From NCBI GenBank assembly GCA_965238175.1, contig CBDEGZ010000003.1:736001-800000 (forward strand): a stretch of DNA of 64,000 nucleotides, given 5' to 3'. This DNA comes from Gammaproteobacteria bacterium (GTDB lineage: Bacteria > Pseudomonadota > Gammaproteobacteria > CAJXQU01). The position numbers were made by a program, and so were the translations under genes. This document shows, in pieces, positions 1 to 11,469 of this stretch. Numbering within the stretch: position 1 is the stretch's first letter; the number at the start of each line of letters is the position of its first letter. The notes beneath the pieces were generated by a model that was given only the letters and a program-made list of their open reading frames with translations, did not search any database and had not been told where the DNA came from.

Positions 1-1643
<1,643 letters not shown>

Positions 1644-1653
1644 TTACTTATAG

Positions 1654-2271
1654 ATGACTGATTATAAAATTCCCGCCGAAACAACGCGATTTGAGCAAGA
1701 AATAAAAAAAAGCCGCTTTATAGCCTATGCCGCTTGTGTTGAAAGCCCAGAACTAGCTCATCGTTTCATAAAAGATCTTAGAACAGAGTTTCCAGATGCC
1801 GGTCATGTTTGTTCGGCATTTTTGATCGGCGAGCCAGGCAATACGACACAGCTTGGTTTTAGTGATGATGGTGAACCTAGCGGAACGGCCGGCATGCCGA
1901 TATTGAATGTTTTACAGCATGGTGAGACGGGCGATATTGTAGTTGCAGTGGTTCGCTATTTTGGTGGGATCAAACTAGGTACAGGCGGTTTAGCCAGAGC
2001 ATATTCCAGTTCCGTGACTTCGGTTTTAAATATCACGCCATTGAAGTTAAAAGTTGTGATGAGATCAATCACTTTCTCGGCGTCTTTTTCCTTAGAAGAT
2101 CCGATAAGAAGACTTCTAAAATCTGTTGGGGTTACAAATCTGAATGTTCAATACAAGCAAGAATTAAATATCGAATGTGATGTGCCGGAAGATCAATTAT
2201 TTGATCTGGAAAAAAGGTTAAATGATATTGGAAAGGGAAAAATAAAGTTGCTAAAGAAAGCACACATTTGA
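1654..2271 (+). CDS. yigZ: YigZ/IMPACT family protein
   Basis: IKKSRFIA, SDDGEPSGTAG and VVRYFGGIKLGTGGL motifs. Confidence 0.93.
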   Translation: MTDYKIPAETTRFEQEIKKSRFIAYAACVESPELAHRFIKDLRTEFPDAGHVCSAFLIGEPGNTTQLGFSDDGEPSGTAGMPILNVLQHGETGDIVVAVVRYFGGIKLGTGGLARAYSSSVTSVLNITPLKLKVVMRSITFSASFSLEDPIRRLLKSVGVTNLNVQYKQELNIECDVPEDQLFDLEKRLNDIGKGKIKLLKKAHI

Positions 2272-2278
2272 TCTACTT

Positions 2279-4015
2279 TTATGGAAATAAATTATATTGA
2301 TCGGTGTCCTGCCCAGGATCTTTTTTGTTGGAAAGCTGAAAACAAACCCGGTTTTGTTCGTTATGGATCAACTTTAATCGAAAGCCATTGAGTTCCGCCT
2401 GACGCGCAGCCTGGTAGAGTCCAATCCCCAATCCACTTTTTGAATTCATCGGTTGTTGAAAAAGTTTTTCTGCAATCTCATCTTCGATTGGCTTGCCAGA
2501 ATCACAGATCGAAAGTTTTACTTCCGTATCCTCAGTCATTAATGAAATTGTGATTTTTAGATCAGGATCAAGTTGTCTCTTAAAGCTGGCGTTTTCGAGC
2601 AGGTTTTCGATCACACTGTCGAACAGATCAAAGGGAATAATGGGGTTGGATTTGACGTGTGCCTGGAATTTTATTTCATCAGATTTGAGTCTCTGTTGTA
2701 ATTTCTTCCACCAGTTTTCCAGCGACATATGTTCAATCGTCACATCTTCTGGATCACGTAATTTATCCAATGCCAGTTGCATACGCTGAGTAATATAGGG
2801 TAATTGTTTTTTGAGTAATAATTGTGCGGGTGAAGGTTTGCTGTCATTTTTTTCATTTAGAATTTGATCCGTTTCTAAAACTGCGGTGATGGTTTGCAAT
2901 GATTGCAGCAGGTTTTTTATGTCATGTGTAACACGAGCGCCAGTTTCATAAATGGCCTGCAGATGTGTTTGCTGCATAAGTTCGAGTTCACGTGCTTTTG
3001 CAGTATGAAAATGATGGACCAGCTGGATCAAAAGTTTGCAGTGCATTAACAAAGTTGGGCCAATCGCGCGGCGCGTGTAAATGTTGGCACTTAGTGTCCC
3101 GCTGGAAAGATCTAAACGGTATTTTGTTTTTACTCCGTGCAAATCTTTATTGTTTGTCAGTTTCCAGCTAACACCTTCTATCCATGGTAATTCGACCAAT
3201 TTTTGCATAGCGGCTTTGACGAAGGTATCCGGCATTTTTTCCTGATCAGCTAATTTTGCTAATTCTCCTAGCCAGGTTTCGAACGGTGTACCGATATTCA
3301 TTAGTGATCGTTCCCAAAGCTGTGCAAGACCACCAAAACCGATCACCGGTGATGACAACCAGCTAAGGGTAAATAAAAAGACTGACAGGACTAAAAGTGA
3401 TTGAAGTAATGCGACTGGATATTGAACGCCAGAGTAATACATGTTCAATAAACTACCAGCGGCAAGCATGGCCGCAATCAATGAAACAGTGATTGCACGA
3501 AAAAAATCAACAGCGCGGATTTGGGTTTCTGGTGTGTGACTGCGAGTTAAAACAATAATGATCAACGGCAGTGCAATTAATCCATAACGAAATAAATTGT
3601 AGACACTCGCATTGATATTTGAAACTTGAAATAGTTCTGTGATGCAGCGGATCAATAGTTCTGACACCAAAAATATCAAAGTGATCAAATAAGCGCGACG
3701 TTCGGTGATATTCTCTAAAATTTGTCCCGAAACTAGTCCGATCAAAAGAATGATCCAACCACACATAATCCACCAATTCATCCAAAAAATAAATCCGCCG
3801 GTGAAAAGCACAAACAAAACACCGGCTTGAAAAGCGATAGTTTGATCGCGTCGCCATAAGGGCTGCCAGATAAAAAATAAACCCAGATGAGCGAGCATTA
3901 ATGATTTTGATAATCGGCTATCAAAATCCTTCCAGATGGCAAAATGTAACAATAGCAACATGGTTGCTAATACCCAGAAACCATTTAATTGCGTTTTATG
4001 TCGTTGTTGTGGCAT
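2279..4015 (-). CDS. Multi-TM sensor histidine kinase (PrsK-like H-box)
   Basis: About 8 N-terminal TM segments; H-box THDIKN, N-box ENLLENA, DSG and GLGIGL. Confidence 0.85.
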   Translation of the reverse strand: MPQQRHKTQLNGFWVLATMLLLLHFAIWKDFDSRLSKSLMLAHLGLFFIWQPLWRRDQTIAFQAGVLFVLFTGGFIFWMNWWIMCGWIILLIGLVSGQILENITERRAYLITLIFLVSELLIRCITELFQVSNINASVYNLFRYGLIALPLIIIVLTRSHTPETQIRAVDFFRAITVSLIAAMLAAGSLLNMYYSGVQYPVALLQSLLVLSVFLFTLSWLSSPVIGFGGLAQLWERSLMNIGTPFETWLGELAKLADQEKMPDTFVKAAMQKLVELPWIEGVSWKLTNNKDLHGVKTKYRLDLSSGTLSANIYTRRAIGPTLLMHCKLLIQLVHHFHTAKARELELMQQTHLQAIYETGARVTHDIKNLLQSLQTITAVLETDQILNEKNDSKPSPAQLLLKKQLPYITQRMQLALDKLRDPEDVTIEHMSLENWWKKLQQRLKSDEIKFQAHVKSNPIIPFDLFDSVIENLLENASFKRQLDPDLKITISLMTEDTEVKLSICDSGKPIEDEIAEKLFQQPMNSKSGLGIGLYQAARQAELNGFRLKLIHNEQNRVCFQLSNKKDPGQDTDQYNLFP

Positions 4016-4040
4016 AGAAAATGAGACTAAAATAAAACTA

Positions 4041-4204
4041 AGGAACCTCTGATTAAGTCCGAGCGAAGTAGATTGTGATGCAAACTAGTCGTAATCAAGG
4101 CGTGAATCACCCGTAATAGCAACAAGCTATTGCGAAGATTGACAACGTAGAGTGTGGCTAGGTTGGACACAAGGTACGAATTCACGATTTAATCAGAGGT
4201 TCCC
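4041..4204. mobile_element. MITE (~164 bp) with 15-bp perfect TIRs, flanked by TA
   Basis: GGAACCTCTGATTAA (4042-4056) / TTAATCAGAGGTTCC (4189-4203); TA at 4039-4040 and 4205-4206; internal hairpin AATAGC-aacaa-GCTATT. Confidence 0.85.
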
Positions 4205-4240
4205 TAAGATATTTGCACATAGTGTTTACAGGAGCCGCCA

Positions 4241-5023
4241 TTGTACGCCATCTTCGCTATAACTCGCTTTACTCTTTTGGAGGCTTTCCGTAATCGGCTT
4301 AGTTGGCTGTTTTTGATTTTATTACTGGCTGCCATGCTGCTTGCTGAGTTTATGGGGGGTATTTCAATAACTGAAAGCCATGCGATAAAGACCAGTTCGC
4401 TCGGAGCGACTTTACGGATTTTTGCTGTGTTTATTACCAGCCTTTACGTAATCACCAGCATGGTTCGTGAGATTAATGATAAAGGCTTGGAACTGATACT
4501 TTCTCTACCTGTTTCTCGATGTAATTATTATTTCGGTAAATTTTTTGGATACACACTGATCGTTTTAGCCATGACGCTGGTGATCGGGATTTGTCTTATA
4601 TTTTATGCGCCAGCACAAGCAATTTTGATTTGGGCAGTATCATTGTTTTGTGAGTTGCTGATCATTTCTGCACTTTGCATGCTCTGTGTTTATACCTTCA
4701 CACAAGTAACGGTGGCGATTACAGTCGTCGCGGCATTTTATCTTTTAGCTAGAAGCATCGATGCAATCCAATTAATGAGTAAAGGGCCGCTGATTGATCC
4801 GAATTCACTCGTGCACATGTTTATGACAAGGACAGTTGATTTGCTCGCTGCAGTACTACCGGATTTATATCGGTTTAGCCCATCTGAATGGTTGATCTAT
4901 TCTGATATTTCCCCGAATCAAATCGCCTGGGATCAAATTGGTCCAGTTATTATCCAAACTTTTATCTATCTTGCTGTATTGATGGCAGCAGGATTATTTG
5001 ATCTATATCGAAAGAACCTATGA
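4241..5023 (+). CDS. ABC-2-type permease subunit
   Basis: About 6 TM; TLLEAFRNR start, RE..GLELILSLPVSR..Y.FGKF motif, FYRKNL-like C-terminus; AGGAG RBS before TTG. Confidence 0.8.
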   Translation: MYAIFAITRFTLLEAFRNRLSWLFLILLLAAMLLAEFMGGISITESHAIKTSSLGATLRIFAVFITSLYVITSMVREINDKGLELILSLPVSRCNYYFGKFFGYTLIVLAMTLVIGICLIFYAPAQAILIWAVSLFCELLIISALCMLCVYTFTQVTVAITVVAAFYLLARSIDAIQLMSKGPLIDPNSLVHMFMTRTVDLLAAVLPDLYRFSPSEWLIYSDISPNQIAWDQIGPVIIQTFIYLAVLMAAGLFDLYRKNL

Positions 5024-5166
5024 AAAATCCATTTCACAATGCGCCCTTTTCGTCATGTCGGCGTTAAAAAGCATCTCAAAACACTCGTTTACAAGTGTAA
5101 ACTGCGCTTTTTCGATAACTTTTTGCCTTGTCCTGACAAGAAGATCACATTGTGAAAAGGATTTTT
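5023..5166. mobile_element. ERIC-like MITE (~144 bp)
   Basis: IR AAAAATCCATTTCACAATG (5023-5041) vs CATTGTGAAAAGGATTTTT (5148-5166), 18/19; central hairpin GTTTAC-aagt-GTAAAC. Confidence 0.8.
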
Positions 5167-5175
5167 AGATTAGAA

Positions 5176-5892
5176 ATGAATCTTTTTGATCAAAATAGAG
5201 AACGAGCAATAAAAAATATTCCGGTCTGGATCTTACCGAGCTTATTAATAGCATTGCTTGTGCAAATTGCGTGGCATAATTTGCGTTCGGAACCAGTCGC
5301 ACAAATGGTTGATTTAAAACCACCGCCGACAAAGGAAATGTTCAATGCCATGAGTTTTGGAGATCCAGTCGCGCTATCCAAACTAACCATGCTTTGGCTG
5401 CAGGCACATGACAATCAACCAGGGATCAGTATCCCGTTTAAAAACCTCGATTATTTAGTCCTTACTCAATGGTTAGGCCGTGTTTTGGATCTTGATCCTC
5501 GTGGGCAATATCCACTTTTATCCGCTGCTAGAGTTTTCAGCCAAGTGCCAGATGTTGAAAAGCAAAGACAGATGCTGGCTTTTGTGGAGCAGGAATTTCA
5601 TAAAGATCCAAACAGGCGCTGGCAATGGCTAGCGCATGCTGCATTTGTAGCAAAGCATCGTTTAAAAGATCAAAAGCTTGCGCTGAAATTTGCAGAATCG
5701 CTGACCGAAAAGGCGACAGGGGATAATGTTCCAAGCTGGGCAAAACAGATGCAGATTTTTTTGCTGGAAGAGTTGGGTGAGATCGAAAGTGCAAAAATCC
5801 TGCTGGGTGGTTTGTTAGAAAGTGGTCAGATAACCGACCCAAACGAACATGCATTTTTGTATCAGCGATTACAAGAACTTGAAGAAAAGTGA
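5176..5892 (+). CDS. Membrane-anchored hypothetical protein, partner of the upstream permease
   Basis: One TM then a helical domain; ATG 5176 preferred because the GTG at 5152 lies inside the MITE. Confidence 0.7.
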   Translation: MNLFDQNRERAIKNIPVWILPSLLIALLVQIAWHNLRSEPVAQMVDLKPPPTKEMFNAMSFGDPVALSKLTMLWLQAHDNQPGISIPFKNLDYLVLTQWLGRVLDLDPRGQYPLLSAARVFSQVPDVEKQRQMLAFVEQEFHKDPNRRWQWLAHAAFVAKHRLKDQKLALKFAESLTEKATGDNVPSWAKQMQIFLLEELGEIESAKILLGGLLESGQITDPNEHAFLYQRLQELEEK

Positions 5893-5960
5893 CCTAGGCT
5901 CAGGAAAACAATCAAGTCTTAAGTTGTATTTGAACAGCAAGGTTTTACAGGCTTCGTTCT

Positions 5961-5992
5961 GAGATTCTTCTTCCTATCGTCATTAGAATGTC
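5961..5992. repeat. REP-like hairpin (GAGATTCTTC...AGAATG)
   Basis: Same pattern recurs at 11320-11347 (AGATTCTTCACATATGCTCAGAATGACA). Confidence 0.4.
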
Positions 5993-6311
5993 ACAATCCT
6001 CAGAAACCTTTATCGTTGCAGAAGGTGAGAGTACGCAAGTTTAATAAATCGTGTTTCTGGTGCAATGGTTTACCTTAAAGAAGGTATTGAACCAGAAGGA
6101 AATTGCAAACTAACACGAAGGCGAAAATTTTAATAAAAGGGCTTCTTTCCCACTAAATTAACAGGCATATCCTCTATTGCTGGAAGTTGTAATCATATGC
6201 GAGACAGCCCGTAATGTGCTTAATGACTACATGTGTTACACAATGTAAACTGCCTTTGTAAGGTCCACAAACCAGTGGAACTTACTGACAGAATTATAAT
6301 TATAAGAGGGT

Positions 6312-6953
6312 GTGAAAATGATCTACTTAGAATTTTTATTTCGATGGGCACATGTTTTATTTGGTATAACCTGGATTGGGTTGCTCTACTATTTTAACTT
6401 TGTGCAAGGCGAGTATTTTAAAGAAGCGACTGCAGATGCAAAATCCGATGCTCTCCAAAAACTGGCACCACGTGCTTTGTGGTGGTTCCGCTGGGGGGCA
6501 ATGTTTACTTTTTTAACTGGCGTGTATCTGTTTTCACAATTAGGCGGCACAGTAAATGGTTATATTATCGTGGGCGTGTTAGCTGGCACTATCATGTTTT
6601 TAAATGTTTGGATTATCATCTGGCCAGCTCAAAAAATTGTCTGCGGTATTGTTAAAGGTGATGTCGCTGCTGCCGCACCTAAAGCGGGGTTAGCCTCACG
6701 CACAAATACACTATTATCCGGCGTCATGCTGATGGGCATGTTAGGTTCAAAACACGGCGCCCCAGGTGGCGATGCATTGATGCTATTATCTGGCGGACTT
6801 TCTCTTGGTGTAATCCTGACGCTGTTGGTGGTACTGCTGTTGGGTGCAAATGGCATTAAAGGCAAAATGGGACCAATGGCAAGTGTTGCTGGTGTCAGCC
6901 ATTGTAGTATTGCCTTAACTATTGTTATTTTCGCACTGATGAATTACATATAA
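6312..6953 (+). CDS. Urate oxidase N-terminal domain (PuuD/DUF989-like) membrane protein
   Basis: RWAHVLFGITWIGLLYYFNFVQ, WWFRWGA, FLNVW..IWP.Q and SRTNT motifs. Confidence 0.82.
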   Translation: MKMIYLEFLFRWAHVLFGITWIGLLYYFNFVQGEYFKEATADAKSDALQKLAPRALWWFRWGAMFTFLTGVYLFSQLGGTVNGYIIVGVLAGTIMFLNVWIIIWPAQKIVCGIVKGDVAAAAPKAGLASRTNTLLSGVMLMGMLGSKHGAPGGDALMLLSGGLSLGVILTLLVVLLLGANGIKGKMGPMASVAGVSHCSIALTIVIFALMNYI

Positions 6954-6990
6954 CTATCTAAATCATTCAGATCACAAATTTAGATTAATT

Positions 6991-7017
6991 AAAGGCTGCC
7001 TCCGGGTAGCTTTTTTT
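6991..7017 (+). terminator. Rho-independent terminator
   Basis: AAAGGCTGCC-tccg-GGTAGCTTT stem followed by a T run. Confidence 0.85.
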
Positions 7018-7182
7018 ATTACACCTTTCACATATTTTCGATCGACGTAGTTCAATTAAAGATTAAATCCTTCTGCCGATGTTCTAACAACAGCTTTATA
7101 CCCCTGCTTAACGTAAATTTAAGATTACTTCTTAACGAGACTGTCTATATAATGATAGTACATTCACTTAGGAGGGAATTTT

Positions 7183-8097
7183 ATGGAAGCCACTCTTGCG
7201 ATAGTCATATTCGCCATCTTCATCGTATTTCAGGGGATTAGAAAAGTACCCCAAGGTTATGAATACACGGTAGAACGATTCGGAAAATACACTCGAACAC
7301 TACGACCTGGGCTGCATTTTATGATCCCGTTTATGGATCGAATCGGATCAAAGTTGAATATGATGGAATCCGTGCTAGATGTCCCATCACAAGAAGTTAT
7401 CACTAAAGATAACGCGATGATCAAAGTTGATGGTGTGGTTTTCTATCAAGTTTTAAACGCACCCAAAGCAGCATATGAAGTAAACCAACTTTCACACGCC
7501 ATTTTAAATCTGACCATGACCAACGTTCGTACGGTGATGGGTTCAATGGATCTGGATGAATTGTTATCCAAACGTGATGAGATTAATGCCCGCCTATTAC
7601 ATGTAGTTGATGCTGCAACTGAACCATGGGGCGTAAAAGTTACCCGTATCGAGATCAAAGATATTAATCCACCACAAGATCTGGTTGATGCAATGGGTCG
7701 ACAAATGAAAGCTGAGCGTATAAAACGCGCCACCATTCTCGAAGCCGAAGGTCAAAAAGAATCTGAAATCCTGCGTGCAGATGGTGAAAGACAAGCCGCG
7801 ATTATGGAAGCTGATGGTCGTAAAGAATCAGCGATAAGAGATGCGGAAGCACGTGAACGGTTAGCACAAGCAGAAGCGCGTGCGACACATATGGTATCTA
7901 AAGCCATTGAAGAAGGTGATGTTCAGGCGGTTAATTATTTTGTCGCAACGAAATATGTGGAATCTCTAAAAGATATTGCTTCCGCCCAAAATAGCAAGGT
8001 AATACTTATGCCGCTTGAAGCCTCAAGTGTGATCGGTGCGATTGGTGGTATTTCTGAAATTGCTAAAGAAGCCTTTGGTAAAAATAAGGAGGCTTGA
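7183..8097 (+). CDS. qmcA: SPFH/band-7 protein QmcA
   Basis: [31 protein letters not shown]. Confidence 0.92.
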   Translation: MEATLAIVIFAIFIVFQGIRKVPQGYEYTVERFGKYTRTLRPGLHFMIPFMDRIGSKLNMMESVLDVPSQEVITKDNAMIKVDGVVFYQVLNAPKAAYEVNQLSHAILNLTMTNVRTVMGSMDLDELLSKRDEINARLLHVVDAATEPWGVKVTRIEIKDINPPQDLVDAMGRQMKAERIKRATILEAEGQKESEILRADGERQAAIMEADGRKESAIRDAEARERLAQAEARATHMVSKAIEEGDVQAVNYFVATKYVESLKDIASAQNSKVILMPLEASSVIGAIGGISEIAKEAFGKNKEA

Positions 8098-8098
8098 T

Positions 8099-8542
8099 AT
8101 GGATCTCGTTCTACATCTTCTTCCCTGGCATTGGTTGGCAGTAGGACTGGGGTTGATCATTCTTGAGATGCTTATACCCACTGGCCATACAATTTGGTTA
8201 GGTATTTCCGCCCTGATAGTCGGTACGATTTTATGGTTAATTCCTGACATAGACTGGAAACTGCAGATGCTGATTTTTGCAGCTTTATCATTTGTATCAT
8301 TCCTTATCTACAATAAAATTGCGAGGAATAACCCTGCCGAAACCGACTCACCTGATCTAAATCGTCGAGGTGAACGGTATATTGGTCGGACTTTTACAAT
8401 TGAGGAGCCGATTGTAAATGGTGTTGGGAAAATCCGTGTCGATGATTCTATCTGGCGAGTAAACGGTGAAGATCAACCTATCGGCACAACGGTAAAAGTC
8501 GTTGCAATGAATGGTTCAACACTACAAGTTAAAACTCTTTAG
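8099..8542 (+). CDS. ybbJ: NfeD family membrane protein (YbbJ-like)
   Basis: HWLAVGLGLIILE; LNRRG..YIGR; IVNGVGKIRVDDSIWRV. ATG 8099 directly follows the qmcA stop. Confidence 0.88.
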   Translation: MDLVLHLLPWHWLAVGLGLIILEMLIPTGHTIWLGISALIVGTILWLIPDIDWKLQMLIFAALSFVSFLIYNKIARNNPAETDSPDLNRRGERYIGRTFTIEEPIVNGVGKIRVDDSIWRVNGEDQPIGTTVKVVAMNGSTLQVKTL

Positions 8543-8551
8543 AAGGAAAGC

Positions 8552-9526
8552 GTGAAAGCTATTCGAGTAAACAAGCTCGGAGATCCAGAAGTTTTACAAC
8601 TAGAAGCGGTTCCCACGCCAGCACTTGCGAAAGATCAAGTTCTGATCAAAATTAAAGCCATTGGAGTGAATCCAGTCGACACGTACATTCGATCGGGTTA
8701 CCAAGGTTACGATCCAACTGTGCCGTACACTCCTGGTTTTGATGCTGCAGGCACTGTCGAAAAAGTTGGCCTTCAACCCGGCGAAAATATCAAAAACATT
8801 ACACCCGGAATGCGTGTTTATCTATCTGGCTCAATTTCTGGAACTTACGCAGAATATGCACTTTGCAATTTCGATCAGATCCATTCACTGCCCGATCATA
8901 TTTCTTTTTCACAGGGTGCAAGTCTTTATGTTGCATACGTAACAGCCTATCGAGGGCTAATCCAACGAGCAAATGCAAGTCCCGGCGAAACGGTTTTGAT
9001 CCACGGAGCCAGTGGCGCCGTCGGAATCGCGGCAATCCAATTTGCACGCAATTTAGGGTTACGAATTATTGCGACAGCAAGTACTGAAGAAGGCCAACTT
9101 TTAACCGCAGAGCATGGCGCAGATCTGATTATTGATCATTCTGATCCTTCTCATTTTGATCTTATAAATAATTACACAGAAGCTATAGGTGTCGACGTTA
9201 TTTTAGAAATGGCTGCACATATTAACTTGTCGCAAGACCTAAAAGTCCTCGCTCAAAATGGCCGCATTATTATCGTTGGGAATCGAGATACCATCGAAAT
9301 TAACCCGCGTGACACAATGGCTTGTGATGGATCAATTCTTGGAATGTCGCTGATGAATATTTCTGATCAAGACGAAAAAGAAATCTATGCTGCAATCAGT
9401 GCAGGGTTAGTCAACAACACATTAATCCCAGCAATCCGTTGTGAGTTACCGCTAAAAGAGGCTCCGCAAGCTCATAGAATGGTGATGGAATCTGGTGCTT
9501 GTGGAAAAATAATCTTGCTTCCGTGA
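8552..9526 (+). CDS. NADPH:quinone reductase (zeta-crystallin family)
   Basis: GVNPVDTYIRSG, PYTPGFDAAG, HGASGAVG, GKIIL. Confidence 0.9.
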   Translation: MKAIRVNKLGDPEVLQLEAVPTPALAKDQVLIKIKAIGVNPVDTYIRSGYQGYDPTVPYTPGFDAAGTVEKVGLQPGENIKNITPGMRVYLSGSISGTYAEYALCNFDQIHSLPDHISFSQGASLYVAYVTAYRGLIQRANASPGETVLIHGASGAVGIAAIQFARNLGLRIIATASTEEGQLLTAEHGADLIIDHSDPSHFDLINNYTEAIGVDVILEMAAHINLSQDLKVLAQNGRIIIVGNRDTIEINPRDTMACDGSILGMSLMNISDQDEKEIYAAISAGLVNNTLIPAIRCELPLKEAPQAHRMVMESGACGKIILLP

Positions 9527-9909
9527 AATCAAAACCCAAACCTATTTTGACCACCGTTCTTATTGCCATTTCAGCACTATTTATCTTTTTATACACCAAA
9601 CAGGAAAGTTCTCTAAGAACAGAAAGTGAAAATTGGCTCTCAATAGAGGCGGTGATCAGCGAAAGCAATATCCGCCGTGATTGGAATAAGAATACTGGTA
9701 CACCTAACGCTATTTACCAGTTTGAACTTCAATATATTTATGAAGTCAACAATACAAGCTTTACAGGATCACGCTATTCCTTTCATGGAGATTCGTCATT
9801 TAAATCAAAATCGATAGTTGATCAATTACTTGTGAAATATCCCGTCGGGAAGAGAATCACGATTTATTACCAGCCAGAAAACCCTCAAGAATCTGTCGTA
9901 TTACGTTAA
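9523..9909 (+). CDS. DUF3592-like membrane-anchored protein
   Basis: TM helix, W..(T)G.VI.S-like segment, Y.Y.V, YPVG..I.IYY.P.NP..SVV; GTG 9523 overlaps the upstream stop. Confidence 0.75.
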   Translation: MKSKPKPILTTVLIAISALFIFLYTKQESSLRTESENWLSIEAVISESNIRRDWNKNTGTPNAIYQFELQYIYEVNNTSFTGSRYSFHGDSSFKSKSIVDQLLVKYPVGKRITIYYQPENPQESVVLR

Positions 9910-10045
9910 ATAATAACAATTGGCCTATATTATGCTTAAAAACTATAACTTAAAACCTGCTAAGACCCACAACCGGAGAGTAAGATGAAAGCGAGCAATC
10001 TATTTAATCTGAACTCGGGATAAGGAATAAACTATTATTCTTATT

Positions 10046-11271
10046 TGTAGAAATTCAGATTTGATCTGACAGTTACCCAATTATCAGTAACCGACTGTCA
10101 GGTTAAGTTTAATTCACAAACTTTTCCTTCCAGATAGCTTGTCCGTCGATGAGTGTTTCCATCGGCGTCCTCCCGCAGCACATTTTGCCTTGGTGAGTTC
10201 GTTGAGTATTGTATTTGAGCAACCATTCGTCAAGGTCGAGTTGCAGTTCATCAATCGATTGGTAAATTTTCTTACGCAAAGCGACTTGATAAAACTCATT
10301 GAGGATCGTCTTATGGAATCGCTCACAAATACCATTCGTCTGAGGTGATTTGACCTTGGTTTTGGTGTGTTCGATATTGTTCAACGCCATATAAAGCTGA
10401 TAATCATGCTGGTCAGCTCGCCCACAATACTCCGTCCCTCTATCTGTCAAAATGCGCAACATAGGCAAACGTTGTTCTTCGTAGAATGGGAGGACGCGGT
10501 CATTGAGCATGTCAGCTGCCGTAATCGGTGTTTTAGTCGGGTACAGTTTCGCGTGAGCGACCTTGCTGTAAGTATCAACAAACGTTTGTTGATAAACCCG
10601 ACCAATGCCTTTGAAAGTACCGACATAGTAAGTATCTTGCGAGCCAAGATAACCAGGGTGTGCCGTCTCTATCTCGCCACAAGCCTCATCGTCGTCTTTC
10701 TTGCGTTCCATCGCCGCGACTTGAGACTCAGTGAGGATCAAGCCTTCACCAGCTACCTTATCAGACAATGCCTTCAGGCGATCTTTAAAGCAAGCAAGAC
10801 CATGACGAAGCCAGATACAACGAACGCCACTGGGTGAGACAAATGTTCCCCGTTTGCGCAGCTCGTTACTGGTGCGCGTTTGACCATGTGCGGGCTCTTC
10901 CAGTGCATACTCGAGCACAACGGTTTCAATAGCCGGGTCGATTCTGTTTTTAAGATTTGGGGTACGCCGATTACGATCAAACAAGGCTTCTACACCGCCT
11001 TCATCAGCCGCTTCTTTGTAGCGATAAAATGTATCTCTGGACAAACCCATCATCTTGCAGGCTTTTGAGACATTGCCGAGTTCTTCAGCGAGATTGAGTA
11101 GACCAACTTTATGTTTTATAACTTTGTCATTAGTATGAATCATGAGAGTTACCTCTTTGTGTTTTGATGTTTACGTTGCAGTTACATCAAAGCGGGTAAC
11201 TCTCACTAAATCAAGCGTCGCTACGCTCCGCTTGATTTAGTGATGTGTCAGATTGGGTCTAAACTTCTACA
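10046..11271 (-). mobile_element. IS481-family insertion sequence, 7-bp TSD TCTTATT
   Basis: 26-bp TIRs TGTAGAAATTCAGATTTGATCTGACA / TGTAGAAGTTTAGACCCAATCTGACA (20/26); TCTTATT at 10039-10045 and 11272-11278. Confidence 0.93.
10109..11143 (-). CDS. IS481-family DDE transposase
   Basis: N-terminal HTH (LNLAEELGNVSKAC..G.SRDTFYRY); DDE core SQDT, TDRGTEY, PQTNGICERF. Confidence 0.95.
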   Translation of the reverse strand: MIHTNDKVIKHKVGLLNLAEELGNVSKACKMMGLSRDTFYRYKEAADEGGVEALFDRNRRTPNLKNRIDPAIETVVLEYALEEPAHGQTRTSNELRKRGTFVSPSGVRCIWLRHGLACFKDRLKALSDKVAGEGLILTESQVAAMERKKDDDEACGEIETAHPGYLGSQDTYYVGTFKGIGRVYQQTFVDTYSKVAHAKLYPTKTPITAADMLNDRVLPFYEEQRLPMLRILTDRGTEYCGRADQHDYQLYMALNNIEHTKTKVKSPQTNGICERFHKTILNEFYQVALRKKIYQSIDELQLDLDEWLLKYNTQRTHQGKMCCGRTPMETLIDGQAIWKEKFVN

Positions 11272-11469
11272 TCTTATTGATTCAATAGTTTAACTTAAGG
11301 TTAAAGGGCTTCTATAGTAAGATTCTTCACATATGCTCAGAATGACAGATTTTCCCTATATTATTACCATCCAACTTGTTGAATCATAAAGAGTTTTAAA
11401 TTCTCTTATCCCGAGTTCATATATGGTCTCCTCCCGTATTGCAAGATAAAACATTCAGATAACAGGGAC

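Noticed and set aside
10114-11068. Several small ORFs inside IS481
   Set aside because: Alternative or antisense frames of the transposase with no motifs.
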